A stretch of 64,000 bases of DNA from the NCBI GenBank assembly GCA_965216875.1, contig OZ244207.1, forward strand, positions 5,696,001-5,760,000, written 5' to 3'. Below, one piece after another: positions 9,948-21,300 of this stretch (the first letter of the stretch is position 1; each line of letters opens with the position of its first letter). Origin of the DNA: Rubripirellula sp. (GTDB lineage: Bacteria; Planctomycetota; Planctomycetia; Pirellulales; Pirellulaceae). Made by a program: the position numbers and the translations under genes. The notes beneath the pieces are model-generated. The model ran no database searches. It saw nothing but the letters and a program-made list of their open reading frames with translations, and was not told the origin of the DNA.

Positions 9948-10788
9948 TGGTGGTGATCCGATTCCGTTGGATGATCTGATGGATCGGCGTCAGCTGAATC
10001 GGCGCGAATCAACGCGTCCGATCGCGGTGGTCCCGGTCTTGCTTGACGGTGGTCCCGGCGAACTTCAGTGGGCCGAGGCTATCACCGAAGATGTCTCAGC
10101 GACCGGCCTCTCGCTACGGATGCAAAGTCAATCGACGCTTCCATGCCGCAATGTGGTGGTGGGCGCCGAGTCCGCCGCGGGTGGACGTGCCTTCGGCACA
10201 CTTCAAATTGTTTCGCAGACTCAATCCGACGACGGTGTCTTGCGAATCGGCGGCAAATGGGTGATCGGATCCTCTGAAGACATTCTCGTCCCCGACAAGC
10301 TCCGTCCACGCGTGGACCCCCGCACGTTGTCGTTTGTGTACGGATGGTCCGAAGAAACGCTCAAGAAATGGACGCGGCTGGGCGTGCTTCGCCAATACCT
10401 CGTCGACCGAGTGCTGCTGTGCGATCGTTGCGGATCGATTCCGTCTTGGCGAAATGGATGCCACGTTTGTGGTTCGGGCCGGATCCATCGCGACCGCCTG
10501 ATTCATCACTTCGCCTGTGCTCACGTCGATCGAGCCGCCGACTTCGAAACCGCCGATGGACTGCAATGTCCCAAATGCCGAACGAACAATTTGATCGTTG
10601 GGTCGGACTACGAGTTCATCGAAGGTCCCGTTGAATGCTACGACTGTGGCGCCCGCGGCGGGCAACCCACGATGGCGGCGATGTGCCACCGATGCCACCA
10701 CCGCTTCAGCATGGAAGAAGCAGAAGAACGCATGTTGTACGCCTACCACGTCGAGCGTCTCGACCCGGTTACCTTCTACGCATCCTAG
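9895..10788 (+). CDS. PilZ domain fused to TackOD1-like multi-cysteine zinc-binding domain
   Basis: RQLNR (RxxxR) and DVSATG (DxSxxG); C-terminal CDRC, CHVC, HHFAC, CPKC, GSDY, CYDC, CHRC. Confidence 0.75.
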   Translation: MNPSPNGNLNPELSPPIDGGDPIPLDDLMDRRQLNRRESTRPIAVVPVLLDGGPGELQWAEAITEDVSATGLSLRMQSQSTLPCRNVVVGAESAAGGRAFGTLQIVSQTQSDDGVLRIGGKWVIGSSEDILVPDKLRPRVDPRTLSFVYGWSEETLKKWTRLGVLRQYLVDRVLLCDRCGSIPSWRNGCHVCGSGRIHRDRLIHHFACAHVDRAADFETADGLQCPKCRTNNLIVGSDYEFIEGPVECYDCGARGGQPTMAAMCHRCHHRFSMEEAEERMLYAYHVERLDPVTFYAS

Positions 10789-10803
10789 CCACGAGCATCC
10801 GCC

Positions 10804-12087
10804 ATGATTTCGGATTGGCTGCGCTGGTTAACGCAGTTGCAGACCGCTGAATTGCTCTGGCTTCTGGCGCCCATTCTCTTGCTCGATGCGCCGCGGTACG
10901 CTCTGGGAACGCTCACACTTTGGTTGTGGGACTTTCTCGAAGACACCTACAAATCAATTCGCGGTGAAGACGAAGTCCGTCCCTTCAGTCACCAACCGCG
11001 TTGCTGCGCGATCGTCGCCGGATTGAACGAAGCCGATTCACTTGGCCAGACACTCGATTCGCTTGCCGGCTCCTATCCAGACCTGCAAATCGTGGTGGTC
11101 GACGATGGAAGCACCGATGGCATGTCCGAAGTTGCGTGTGAGTTCGCCAAGACGCATTCGAAGACAACGGTCGTTCGCAAACCGGCGCGCGGTGGTAAAA
11201 GCAGCGCGCTCAACGCTGCCCTTCCCTTCACCGACGCCGAGATTCTGGTCTGTGTCGACAGCGACTCGCACTTGGGCGATGGTGCCGTCTGGGAAATCGT
11301 GCAACCCTTTGTCGACCCCAACGTGGCCGCGGTCAGTGGTACGGTGCTTGTTCGCAAACCCTTTATCAATTTGCTGACTTGGATCCAGGCCCTTGAGTAT
11401 TACCGCTGCATCTTTCTCGGTCGCATGTTCACCAGCCGACTGGGAATCCTAGGGATTGTTTCGGGCGCCTTTGGTGCTTACCGTCGCGAAGCAATCTTGC
11501 AGGTGGGCGCTTGGGATGTCGGTCCGGGAGAAGATGGTGACTTGACGTTGCGGTTGCGTCGCTCGGGCTACGACGTCGTCTTCGCCCCCTATGCCCAATG
11601 CTTTACCAATCCAGTCCAACAGATGGGTCGTTTGTCCAAACAGCGGCGTCGCTGGGAATGGGCTGTCATCACGTTGGAATGTCGCAAGCACATCGAAATG
11701 GCGAACCCGTTTCGAGCCGACTTTCGCTTCAGCAATTTCGTGATGCTGGTCGACCGATGGCTTTACAGCGTCGTGCTTCAATACGCCTTCTTGGGGTACA
11801 TGTTCTGGTACCTCTTTCACATCCATGCCTTCGCCCACTATCAGCTCATGCTGTTCTATGTGGTTTACCTTGGCATGGAAATCCTGCAACTGATGATCTT
11901 GTTGTACTACTGTGACAACAAGCGACGTGTGATGATGATCGGTGCGGTCTTTCCGCTGATGCCCTTCTACTACATCTGGATGCGATTCGTGACGCTGTGG
12001 GCAATCACCGAAGAATTGCTGACGCGACGAAGCTACAAAGACAACTTTGTTCCCGAACACGTTCGCAACGTGACGTGGCACTGGTAA
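10804..12087 (+). CDS. processive GT2 glycosyltransferase (PgaC/IcaA/HasA-like synthase)
   Basis: DDGSTD, GGKSSALN, VDSD, SGAFGAYR, GED, QRRRW; N-terminal and several C-terminal TM segments. Confidence 0.9.
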   Translation: MISDWLRWLTQLQTAELLWLLAPILLLDAPRYALGTLTLWLWDFLEDTYKSIRGEDEVRPFSHQPRCCAIVAGLNEADSLGQTLDSLAGSYPDLQIVVVDDGSTDGMSEVACEFAKTHSKTTVVRKPARGGKSSALNAALPFTDAEILVCVDSDSHLGDGAVWEIVQPFVDPNVAAVSGTVLVRKPFINLLTWIQALEYYRCIFLGRMFTSRLGILGIVSGAFGAYRREAILQVGAWDVGPGEDGDLTLRLRRSGYDVVFAPYAQCFTNPVQQMGRLSKQRRRWEWAVITLECRKHIEMANPFRADFRFSNFVMLVDRWLYSVVLQYAFLGYMFWYLFHIHAFAHYQLMLFYVVYLGMEILQLMILLYYCDNKRRVMMIGAVFPLMPFYYIWMRFVTLWAITEELLTRRSYKDNFVPEHVRNVTWHW

Positions 12088-12132
12088 CAATGCGAATTGG
12101 CACGGGTAACATCGTGGCTTGGCACGGGTAAC
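12076..12132 (+). repeat. three 13-bp direct repeats with exact 22-bp period
   Basis: tggcac[t/g]ggtaac at 12076, 12098 and 12120; the first copy contains the GT2 stop codon. Confidence 0.85.
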
Positions 12133-12233
12133 GGGGTCGACCAGGAACCTCGTGCCGAATCGGCTCTTCGCATTATCCACAGGTTTTCGCCCCGGCATTC
12201 TTCAGTCAAAATGGTTGCTTCCTCCTGGAGTGA

Positions 12234-13241
<1,008 letters not shown>

Positions 13242-13250
13242 GTTTCCATC

Positions 13251-13994
13251 GTGTCAACAACACCACCGCAACACGACATCAGTATCGACGCGGCTCAAGC
13301 ACTCACCGATGACCCAACATCCGAGCTCGGGCAAATGGCGACCTTGGCCAATGAGCGCATCGAGTGGCACTGGGAACCAACCGTGATCGCTGGGCACGTT
13401 CGGCCGCTCGCCGTTGCCACCGATCCTGATGGCATGTTGATCGAAGCCTGTGAGCGGCAAGATGCCGGCGAAGAGGGTGTGATCGATCCTTTTTGGGCGA
13501 CAACCTGGCGCGCTGCATCGGGCTTGGATCGCTACCTCGACAGGTTCGACTTGGTCGACAAACGTGTTCTTGAGCTTGGATGTGGCACGGGCCACGCGGG
13601 CCTGGCTGCCGCTCTACGTGGCGCCAAGGTGGTCCTTACCGACGGGGTCGAAGATCCGTTGCGGTTGGTGCGCATGAGCACCTGGTTTGTTCGCCAGCAC
13701 TGCGAGGTCCAGGTGCTGCGATTTGGTATCGACCGCTTGGACCAACCTTCCTACCCGATGATCCTGGGAAGCGACGTCACCTATCTGCGAACGCTTTGGC
13801 CCGAGCTCGATCAGTGCTTGAAAGAGCATCTTGCCGATGACGGAATCGTGCTTCTAAGTGACCCGTTTCGCATCATTGCCAACGAGTTTCGCGACTGGAT
13901 CCAAGAGCGCGGCTGGAAGTACAGCGAAACGAGCGTCGACCTTGAAGATGGCAACAAACATCCGATTCGCGTGATGCAACTCGAACGCGGTTAG
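13251..13994 (+). CDS. class I SAM-dependent methyltransferase (protein-lysine methyltransferase-like)
   Basis: PFWATTW, VLELGCGTG, VVLTD, ILGSDVTY. Confidence 0.85.
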   Translation: MSTTPPQHDISIDAAQALTDDPTSELGQMATLANERIEWHWEPTVIAGHVRPLAVATDPDGMLIEACERQDAGEEGVIDPFWATTWRAASGLDRYLDRFDLVDKRVLELGCGTGHAGLAAALRGAKVVLTDGVEDPLRLVRMSTWFVRQHCEVQVLRFGIDRLDQPSYPMILGSDVTYLRTLWPELDQCLKEHLADDGIVLLSDPFRIIANEFRDWIQERGWKYSETSVDLEDGNKHPIRVMQLERG

Positions 13995-14000
13995 CAAGCG

Positions 14001-14456
14001 TTAGGCGGTCACCAAATCGTCGCTGGCGATGTCGAATGCATCGATGGTTGGATCGTGTCGATGCACCAAGCTCGCACCAATCTCGTAGCACTTGCTTGTG
14101 ATCCGTCTTGCTCGCACGACGTGCAATTGCACCCAGAACGTAGGCAGGACAATCCGCACACTTTCTTCGGGATAGATCTCGAAGGGTGTCAGAAAGCCGC
14201 AACCGTGCCGTGAAAAGTCGCGGGTGTAGATTCCCACCGCCTTGTCGCCGCGTGACAGAAACGGCAGGCAGTCGTCGAACCACATCACACCGTGGGTACG
14301 CACCTTCAAACGCTGGTTGTTACGTTCATCTTCGACGAACGAAGGAACTTCACCACGCTCCTCGAAATAGTCAGACCATTCGACCGGCAATTCGATGTCG
14401 AAGCCGATCGATTGGATCAGTTCGCCAAATCGCGTTGAATAATCGACTTCCAGCAT
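14001..14456 (-). CDS. PilZ domain protein
   Basis: RNNQR (RxxxR) and DFSRHG (DxSxxG) followed by beta-strands. Confidence 0.8.
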   Translation of the reverse strand: MLEVDYSTRFGELIQSIGFDIELPVEWSDYFEERGEVPSFVEDERNNQRLKVRTHGVMWFDDCLPFLSRGDKAVGIYTRDFSRHGCGFLTPFEIYPEESVRIVLPTFWVQLHVVRARRITSKCYEIGASLVHRHDPTIDAFDIASDDLVTA

Positions 14457-15373
14457 TGGAACATCTCCGGATCAAAAGCAGTCCCACAGTCACGTTGCTG
14501 AAGCGTCAGTGCTTTGCTTCGCGGCATCGGGGTGCGGTAAGGTCGGTGGCTTGTAAGCGCTTCGAAAACATCAACGATCGCGCAGATTTTGGCCCAAGGG
14601 TGGATATCGTCGTCAACACAACCGACGGGATAACCTTTGCCATCAAGTCGCTCGTGGTGCTGGTAGGCCATCATCAGTTGGCCTTCATTCAGGTCGACGC
14701 GATGCGCCATCTTGCGAAAGCCGAGCAAGGGATGCGTGCGAATCGTTCGGAATTCCCATTCGTCCAAACGTCCGGGTTTGCACAGGATTCTCTCGTCGAT
14801 ATCCAGCTTGCCCAAATCGTGAAGCAAGCCGCCAGTGGTGATTTGTTCGATTTCGGTGCGATCGAATCCTAAGCCGGCTCCCAACATGCCACAGTAAAAG
14901 GCGACATTGGCTGAGTGGGTAAAGGTTGCGTAATCATGATGCAACACTTGAAACAGGTCGCCGGCGGCGAATTCGTCTTTGGTGACGATATCAGCTGCGA
15001 GCAGACCCAGTTTTTCGGCAGCCGAAACCGTTTCGTCCACATCATTGTTGTGGAAGGCGGACTGCAGCACATCGCGAACAACCTCATTGAGTGCACCGGC
15101 GCGAGCGGCGAGAGGAATTGATGTGTTGTCCGTTCCAATCGCAATGCGGCGCAAGTACTTCTGATAAAGCGATCGCGACTCTTGCGAGATATAGAGGCGA
15201 TGGATTCCTCTGGAACGCAAGCGATCCAAGTCATCCAAGGTGATTGGATATTCTTCGCCTCGATAGAGAACCAACCGTTCCGAGTCAGCCTCCTGCTGAT
15301 ACAGATTCAGCCCCACTGCTTCCGTGGGAAGCAGCGTTGCGACGCTGATCGGGATGAAATCGACTCCGGACAT
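14417..15373 (-). CDS. HD-GYP domain c-di-GMP phosphodiesterase
   Basis: HSANV, LLHDLGK, HP, HHERLDGKGYP, DVFEALTSHRPYR; start chosen at MSGVDF. Confidence 0.92.
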   Translation of the reverse strand: MSGVDFIPISVATLLPTEAVGLNLYQQEADSERLVLYRGEEYPITLDDLDRLRSRGIHRLYISQESRSLYQKYLRRIAIGTDNTSIPLAARAGALNEVVRDVLQSAFHNNDVDETVSAAEKLGLLAADIVTKDEFAAGDLFQVLHHDYATFTHSANVAFYCGMLGAGLGFDRTEIEQITTGGLLHDLGKLDIDERILCKPGRLDEWEFRTIRTHPLLGFRKMAHRVDLNEGQLMMAYQHHERLDGKGYPVGCVDDDIHPWAKICAIVDVFEALTSHRPYRTPMPRSKALTLQQRDCGTAFDPEMFQCWKSIIQRDLAN

Positions 15374-15601
15374 GGTCGTGTTAGGGCAAGTTGTTGGGCG
15401 GGGGACGTTCTTATGGGGGGCGACAATCGGATGTCCCTGGAGAAATCTAGTGCGCAGGGGAGCACGTGCCACCAAGAAATGGGTGAAACGCGCACTGTTG
15501 TGAGAGTGTGAGTGCGCAAGAGAAAGTGCTGGCCCAAATTGGCCAGCACTGTCGTTACAGCCGTTACAGATAGAAGGAAATTGCCGACGGGGTATCGTCA
15601 A

Positions 15602-16663
15602 TTACACGGCGCCGATGCCCAGTTTTTTTTCCTCGGCAGCGATCATTTGCGAGATAATGTCCTGCAAATCGACGCGAATGTCCCACTCGGGATAGTGCGA
15701 GCGGAGTTTTCCGAGATCACTGATGTAGCAGATGTGGTCGCCCTTTCGATTGTCATCCGACAGGGTGAAGTCGACCTTGTGCCCCCCGATCTCTTCGATC
15801 ATCGAAATACACTCGAGAACGCTGGCAGCATTCTGACGCCCGCCGCCAATGTTGTAGACCTCGCCGGGGCGAGGATCGCCGGCAAAGGCTTCGAACGCTT
15901 TGACCACGTCGCTACATTCGATTTGGTCGCGAACCTGCTTGCCTTTGTAGCCAAAGATCGTGTACGGCTTGCCTGCGACGGCGACATGGACCAAGTAACT
16001 CAGAAATCCATGCAATTCAACGCCGCTATGACTCGCCCCCGTCAAACAGCCGCCACGGAATACGCCTGTCTTGAGACCGAAGTACTTGCCGTACTCTTGA
16101 GCCACGATGTCGGCTGCGGTTTTTGATGCTCCGAAAAGCGAATGCATCGTCTGGTCGATGCGGCACGACTCGTCGATGCCTTCGAAATCTTCGTCACGCG
16201 AATATTCCCAACGCGTCTCCAGCTCATCCAGCGGCAGCTCATTCGGTGCGTCACCGTAAACCTTGTTCGTGCTCATGTGACAGAACACGGCGTCGGGAGC
16301 ATGCTGACGCGTCGCTTCGAGCAGATTCAGCGTGCCGTTCGCATTGACTTCGAAATCAAGGAACGGGATCGCCGCTGCCTTATCGTGCGAGGGCTGCGCG
16401 GCACAGTGAATGATCAAATCGGGCGTTTCATTCTTGAACAGATCAAAGATGCGTTCGCGGTCGCGAATATCGATGGACTCTGTACGAAAGTGATTCGTTT
16501 CCGATTCCAATCGAGACTGATTCCATTGAGTGCTTCCGTCGGGACCAAAGAAGGTGGCTCGCATATCGTTATCGATACCGATCACCTCGTCGCCCAGAGC
16601 ATCCCAATGTCGAACCGCCGCGGATCCAATCAAACCGCTGGATCCCGTAACAATCACACGCAT
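15602..16663 (-). CDS. NAD-dependent epimerase/dehydratase (CDP-paratose 2-epimerase-like)
   Basis: TGSSGLIG, AAQPSHD, STNKVYGD, FGASK, GKQVRD, YNIGGG. Confidence 0.9.
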   Translation of the reverse strand: MRVIVTGSSGLIGSAAVRHWDALGDEVIGIDNDMRATFFGPDGSTQWNQSRLESETNHFRTESIDIRDRERIFDLFKNETPDLIIHCAAQPSHDKAAAIPFLDFEVNANGTLNLLEATRQHAPDAVFCHMSTNKVYGDAPNELPLDELETRWEYSRDEDFEGIDESCRIDQTMHSLFGASKTAADIVAQEYGKYFGLKTGVFRGGCLTGASHSGVELHGFLSYLVHVAVAGKPYTIFGYKGKQVRDQIECSDVVKAFEAFAGDPRPGEVYNIGGGRQNAASVLECISMIEEIGGHKVDFTLSDDNRKGDHICYISDLGKLRSHYPEWDIRVDLQDIISQMIAAEEKKLGIGAV

Positions 16664-16724
16664 CGATTTCTATCTACCAACAAATGCCAAGTTGTCAATC
16701 AAGTTGTTCATTCAAGTGGCGAGG

Positions 16725-18059
16725 CTATGCCGTCACCGATGTATCTTCGCCGGCCCCCACGGGACGACCAATGCTGTAGTACACAAACCCCTGATCCACC
16801 ATGCGATCGGGTTCATACAAGTTGCGTCCGTCAAAGATGACGTGCCCGTTCATACGCGTACGCATCTCGCTGAAGTCGGGATTGTGATACACCTTCCATT
16901 CGGTGTTGATCGCCAAGGCATCGGCACCGTTTAGAGCGTCCATTGCCGATTCGCAATAGATCAGCTGATTCCCGTAGATTTCGCGGATATTCTCGATCGC
17001 TTCGGGGTCATGCACCTGTGGAACAGCGCCCTTTTCGAGCAAGTAGTTCAAAAGCGTCAACGCGGGTGCTTCGCGGATGTCATCCGTTCGCGGCTTGAAA
17101 GCGAGGCCCCAAATGGAGACTCGTTTCCCGGCGAGGTTCCCGTCAAAGTGTCGGTCAACCTTTTCAACCAGTACTTTCTTTTGCTCGCGGTTGACATCGT
17201 CAACGGCGTCCATGATTCGTGGCGAGAGACCCAAGTCGCGTGCCATGCTCGCCAATGCGCGAACGTCTTTGGGGAAACAGCTTCCACCGTAGCCAACACC
17301 AGGAAACAAGAAAGCGAAACCGATACGTTGGTCGTGTCCGATACCGCGACGCACATCATTGATGTCGCCGCCCATACGCTCACAAAGGTTCGCCATCTCG
17401 TTGATGAAAGAGATCTTTGTACTCAGCAACGCGTTGGCAACGTACTTGGTCAGTTCTGCTGACTGAGGGCTCATCGACAAGAACGGTTTGTCGGTTCGCA
17501 AGAAGGGACGATACAGCTCGTGTAAAACATCGGCGACTTCTTGACGCCGCACGCCGACCACCACTCGGTCGGGCTTCATGAAATCTTCGATCGCCGCGCC
17601 TTCCTTCAAGAACTCAGGATTGCTTGCGACGTCCACATCGCGATTGAGCGTTTCTCGCAGCCGATCAAAAATCCACTGATTCGTTCCAACCGGCACGGTG
17701 CTCTTGGTGACGACGATTGCATCGTCCGTCAAATGAGGTGCCATCGAATCGACAACCGCTTTGAGCGCGGTTAGGTCGGCCGATCCGTCATCCGAAGGAG
17801 GTGTGCCGACCGCCAAGTAGATGATGCGCGACGAACTCACCGCCTCGGCCAAATCGGTCGTGAAGGTCAGTTGGCCGTTTTCACTGTTGCGAAGCACCAG
17901 CTCCTTAAGACCAGGCTCGTAAATCGGAATCACACCTTGCCGCAGGCCATTGATTTTGGCTTCGTCGATATCGACACACGCAACGTCGTTACCGCTGTCA
18001 GCGAAACAGGTACCAGTCACCAGCCCAACATAGCCGGTTCCGATCATCGCGATTTTCAT
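16725..18059 (-). CDS. ugd: UDP-glucose 6-dehydrogenase
   Basis: [53 protein letters not shown] before ATG at 18059. Confidence 0.95.
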   Translation of the reverse strand: MKIAMIGTGYVGLVTGTCFADSGNDVACVDIDEAKINGLRQGVIPIYEPGLKELVLRNSENGQLTFTTDLAEAVSSSRIIYLAVGTPPSDDGSADLTALKAVVDSMAPHLTDDAIVVTKSTVPVGTNQWIFDRLRETLNRDVDVASNPEFLKEGAAIEDFMKPDRVVVGVRRQEVADVLHELYRPFLRTDKPFLSMSPQSAELTKYVANALLSTKISFINEMANLCERMGGDINDVRRGIGHDQRIGFAFLFPGVGYGGSCFPKDVRALASMARDLGLSPRIMDAVDDVNREQKKVLVEKVDRHFDGNLAGKRVSIWGLAFKPRTDDIREAPALTLLNYLLEKGAVPQVHDPEAIENIREIYGNQLIYCESAMDALNGADALAINTEWKVYHNPDFSEMRTRMNGHVIFDGRNLYEPDRMVDQGFVYYSIGRPVGAGEDTSVTA

Positions 18060-18302
18060 TTGATTCTCACCTTTGACATACCAACTGAGGTATTTGCTCT
18101 TTCGTGACCTTGATTGTAGTTCGGTAGGGGGTGAGTCATACCTTCGCTGCAGCGGATTCACCATCCTGCAGCCAACGGCGTCACCCAAGCCGTAAAACCG
18201 GAATCAATGCTATTGTCGATACGACAGTCTAGCCAGCCAGGTCATCCTGGCGGCTGGAGTTAGGGAACGCGGATTTCGCAGTCACGGCCCGCAATTCGAC
18301 GA

Positions 18303-21300
18303 TTACGGATCGACCTTGAATTCGCGTGGTAGCGTGTATTGTTTGGTTGCCGCCGCGGCTCGAGTCGTGATCAAAATCGCCTTGCCTCCCGACGCTTGCG
18401 GGTCATCAGCGACCACCCAAATCAACGCCTGCTTGGGGTCGCTGGGGCCTGTTGCCGTCTTGTCGGGATTGGCCCCCAAGACCAAGTCGGTAAGCACCGT
18501 ACGCAACGGAACATCTGATTTGGAAAAATCGCGAATCTGTTGATTCTGGGTAATGCCGCCAGCTTCAAGGTCGCCACCGACGATTCGCACCGGAGGTAAC
18601 TCCGATCCGCCGGGCAGCGATCGCTTGAATTCGTCGACCACCGTATTGATCCCAAACTCGAGCGACTCTTGGTCGAACGAAACGGACATCTTGCGATCAA
18701 GCATCTCATCCATCGTAAGCGGCTTGGCCTGGGGCGTCGCGGCCACCGTGCTTCCCGAACCTGGTTTTGTATTGAGTGCATAGAGCAGCGCAACGGAAAC
18801 TTGCGATGCCGCTCGCGATGGCAAGTAGACGTTCGCCGTTGCGGCGCCATCGGAGATTCCGAATCGAGCTTGCCGACTGACGAAGGACATCATCTGCTCC
18901 AATCGCGACCAAAGTAGTCGCCAAGACGCATCGGGAACCGAATCAAGCATGAATCCACTGGCCCAATCGGGCCACGCGTTCACGGTTTCCGACAAACGTT
19001 TCATCAAAGCAGCTTCAGAGATCCCACCGCTGGGCGCCAAACGCAGTTCCGCGAAAACGTTGTCGTCGCTGATGTCGGCGATCAAAAGTGCTGCAGCAAC
19101 ATCAGGAATCAATAACGACTTCATCGGCGCGACCAACTGGGGCGCCGATGTTGCCAACAGTTCTCGGCCATCAGCCACAAGAAAATTGGGGGTCAGCAAG
19201 ACGGCAAGATCCGACTCGATGCTCGTTGCCTTCCACAGGTTTTGCAACGAGCGAGGAAGTGGAATGGCGCCCCCTTCGTTCTCGGCGACTTCGCTCACCC
19301 TTGGAATCGAACCGACCGCAAATCGAGCCACGTTACCGGCGTCATCTTTGTCATCGGGAGCAATGTAGTAGGCATCCGTTCCCTCCTCGTCACCGGCGTA
19401 GATGGTCGCGCCTGTGCGCGTCTTTGATTCAAACGCATCCCAATCTTCGGTCAGTTGTTTGAGTGGTTTCGGGCTTACCAGTTCGATCGCAAGCGAAACA
19501 TCTGGCCAGCCGTCTTTGCCCGGATGCAAAGCGACACCACATCGCTTGATCTCGCTCGCATCAACCTTTGCTCGAGTTGCAACTTGGCTAAGCAGTTGAC
19601 CGAGCTCGGGCGAAAAGGCGTCGACCAAGGAGTCTCCAACGGGCGATTGATTGATGCTGGCGAGGTTGACCGACATGACAACACCCGGTCCAGGAGGCAG
19701 CAGTTCGAGCGATGCCGATTTGGAATCGGTGCCGTAGGGTGGCACCCAAAGCAGGCGGTCGTCTTCAATCAATTCGTAGCCAGCCACGGCGGGCATCGGA
19801 TCAACAGGATCGGATTCTTGTGCCGTCGAACGCCCCGTCACCGACGGAATCACATCGGGAATGGGTGGACGTGTGCGCGGCTTTTTCTCTTCTTCACCGC
19901 CACCACCGACGATGAGAAACATCAGCATTAAGAGAATGGGCACACACATGGCCCCTAAGATGATCGGAGCGCGGCTCTTCTTTTTCTTTCGCCGACGAAC
20001 CGTACGCGCCGGTGCAGAGGCACTGGCCGCAGAGGTACTGGCCGCAGAGGTACTGGCCGCAGAGGTACTGGCCGCAGAGGTATTGGCCGCGGGTGGACCA
20101 GTGGATTCTCCGGATGCGTCATCGGTAGTGATGGCAACGTCGCTAGCAGCGACGACAGGAGGCTCGGCGGGCGACTCGATTGGCGGAGCCGCCGCGGTTT
20201 CGCCTTCCCCGTTCGTTGTCGTTTCAGTTACCTCGGCCGCGGTCGCATCTGCGTCTCGCTCTTTTGCCGCCGACATCGATGGGGCGTCGTTCGTCTCGGC
20301 TGGTTCGGTCGGTTTTGTTGCCGCCTGAGGGTCACCCGTGGATGCTTTGGCGTTCTTGGGTTGAGAGGACGTCGACGCCTTTGTCACTGGCGGAGCCGTT
20401 GGTTTCGACTTCGACTTTTTAGACTTTGGCTGCTTCGTCGCGGGTCGCGAAGACTCGGCTTTACTGGATGGAGTCGTAGGTTGAGTTGCTTTGGGCTTTC
20501 GCTGTGATAGCGAGGGTTTTGGCGGCGCGGGTTTGGTTTTGGCTTTTTGGTTCTCGGCCTTTGGCGGAACCGCATTCTCTTCCACCGCTGGGGGCGCTGC
20601 GATCGGCGGTGGCTCTGGCGTACTCGTCTCAGTGGCTGCCACCGTTTCGGCTGCAGGTTCATCTTGAATGATCGCAGCGACGGGTGGCTCCGCTTCATCG
20701 ATCAGCGGCAGGGTCGCCTGCAAGGCTTCGCAAAACTGTTGGCTCGTGGCAAATCGTGAAGCTGGATTCTTGGCGACCGCAAAGCCCAGGACGCGAAACA
20801 ACGGGTCACCTGTTTCGCCCTTTTGAACGGCGTCTACGATTTCGGCTGGGGTTTGCTCAGCATGAGCGGCGAGCAACTCGGCTTGAGTCGAGCCCTCCGC
20901 GGGCATGCGGCCGGTTGCTAAGCAATAGATCAAACAACCGAGCGCATAGATGTCGCTGGCTTGGTCGCACGCTGCACCCTCAACCGCTAGCTCGGGTGCG
21001 CAGAAGGCGAGTGGCGACGTTGATGGATCGAGCCAACCATGTGGGTCTTGCGCGAGGGGACTTGAAGGAGGTCCCGATGGATCTCGCAAGAGAAGCGTTT
21101 CACCAGCGCTGCCAAGCCAAATCCGATCAAGACGGACCGAGCCATGAACGAGGTTGCGAGCATGCAATGCTGCAATCGCCTCGGCCACTGCGATCCCGAC
21201 TTCACAGGCACGTCGTTTTCCGAGGGCCGAAGGGGTGGCAACACATCCTTCGGGCAGCGGGGCAAAGACCGTTGTCTGTTCGCCAAGATTTTCGATCACC

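Noticed and set aside
10684..10698. CxxCH heme-binding motif (CHRCH) in the PilZ fusion
   Set aside because: No signal peptide, and the motif is one of a series of zinc-ribbon CxxC pairs
12098..12132. TGGCACG repeats as sigma54 promoters
   Set aside because: No TGC at the -12 position
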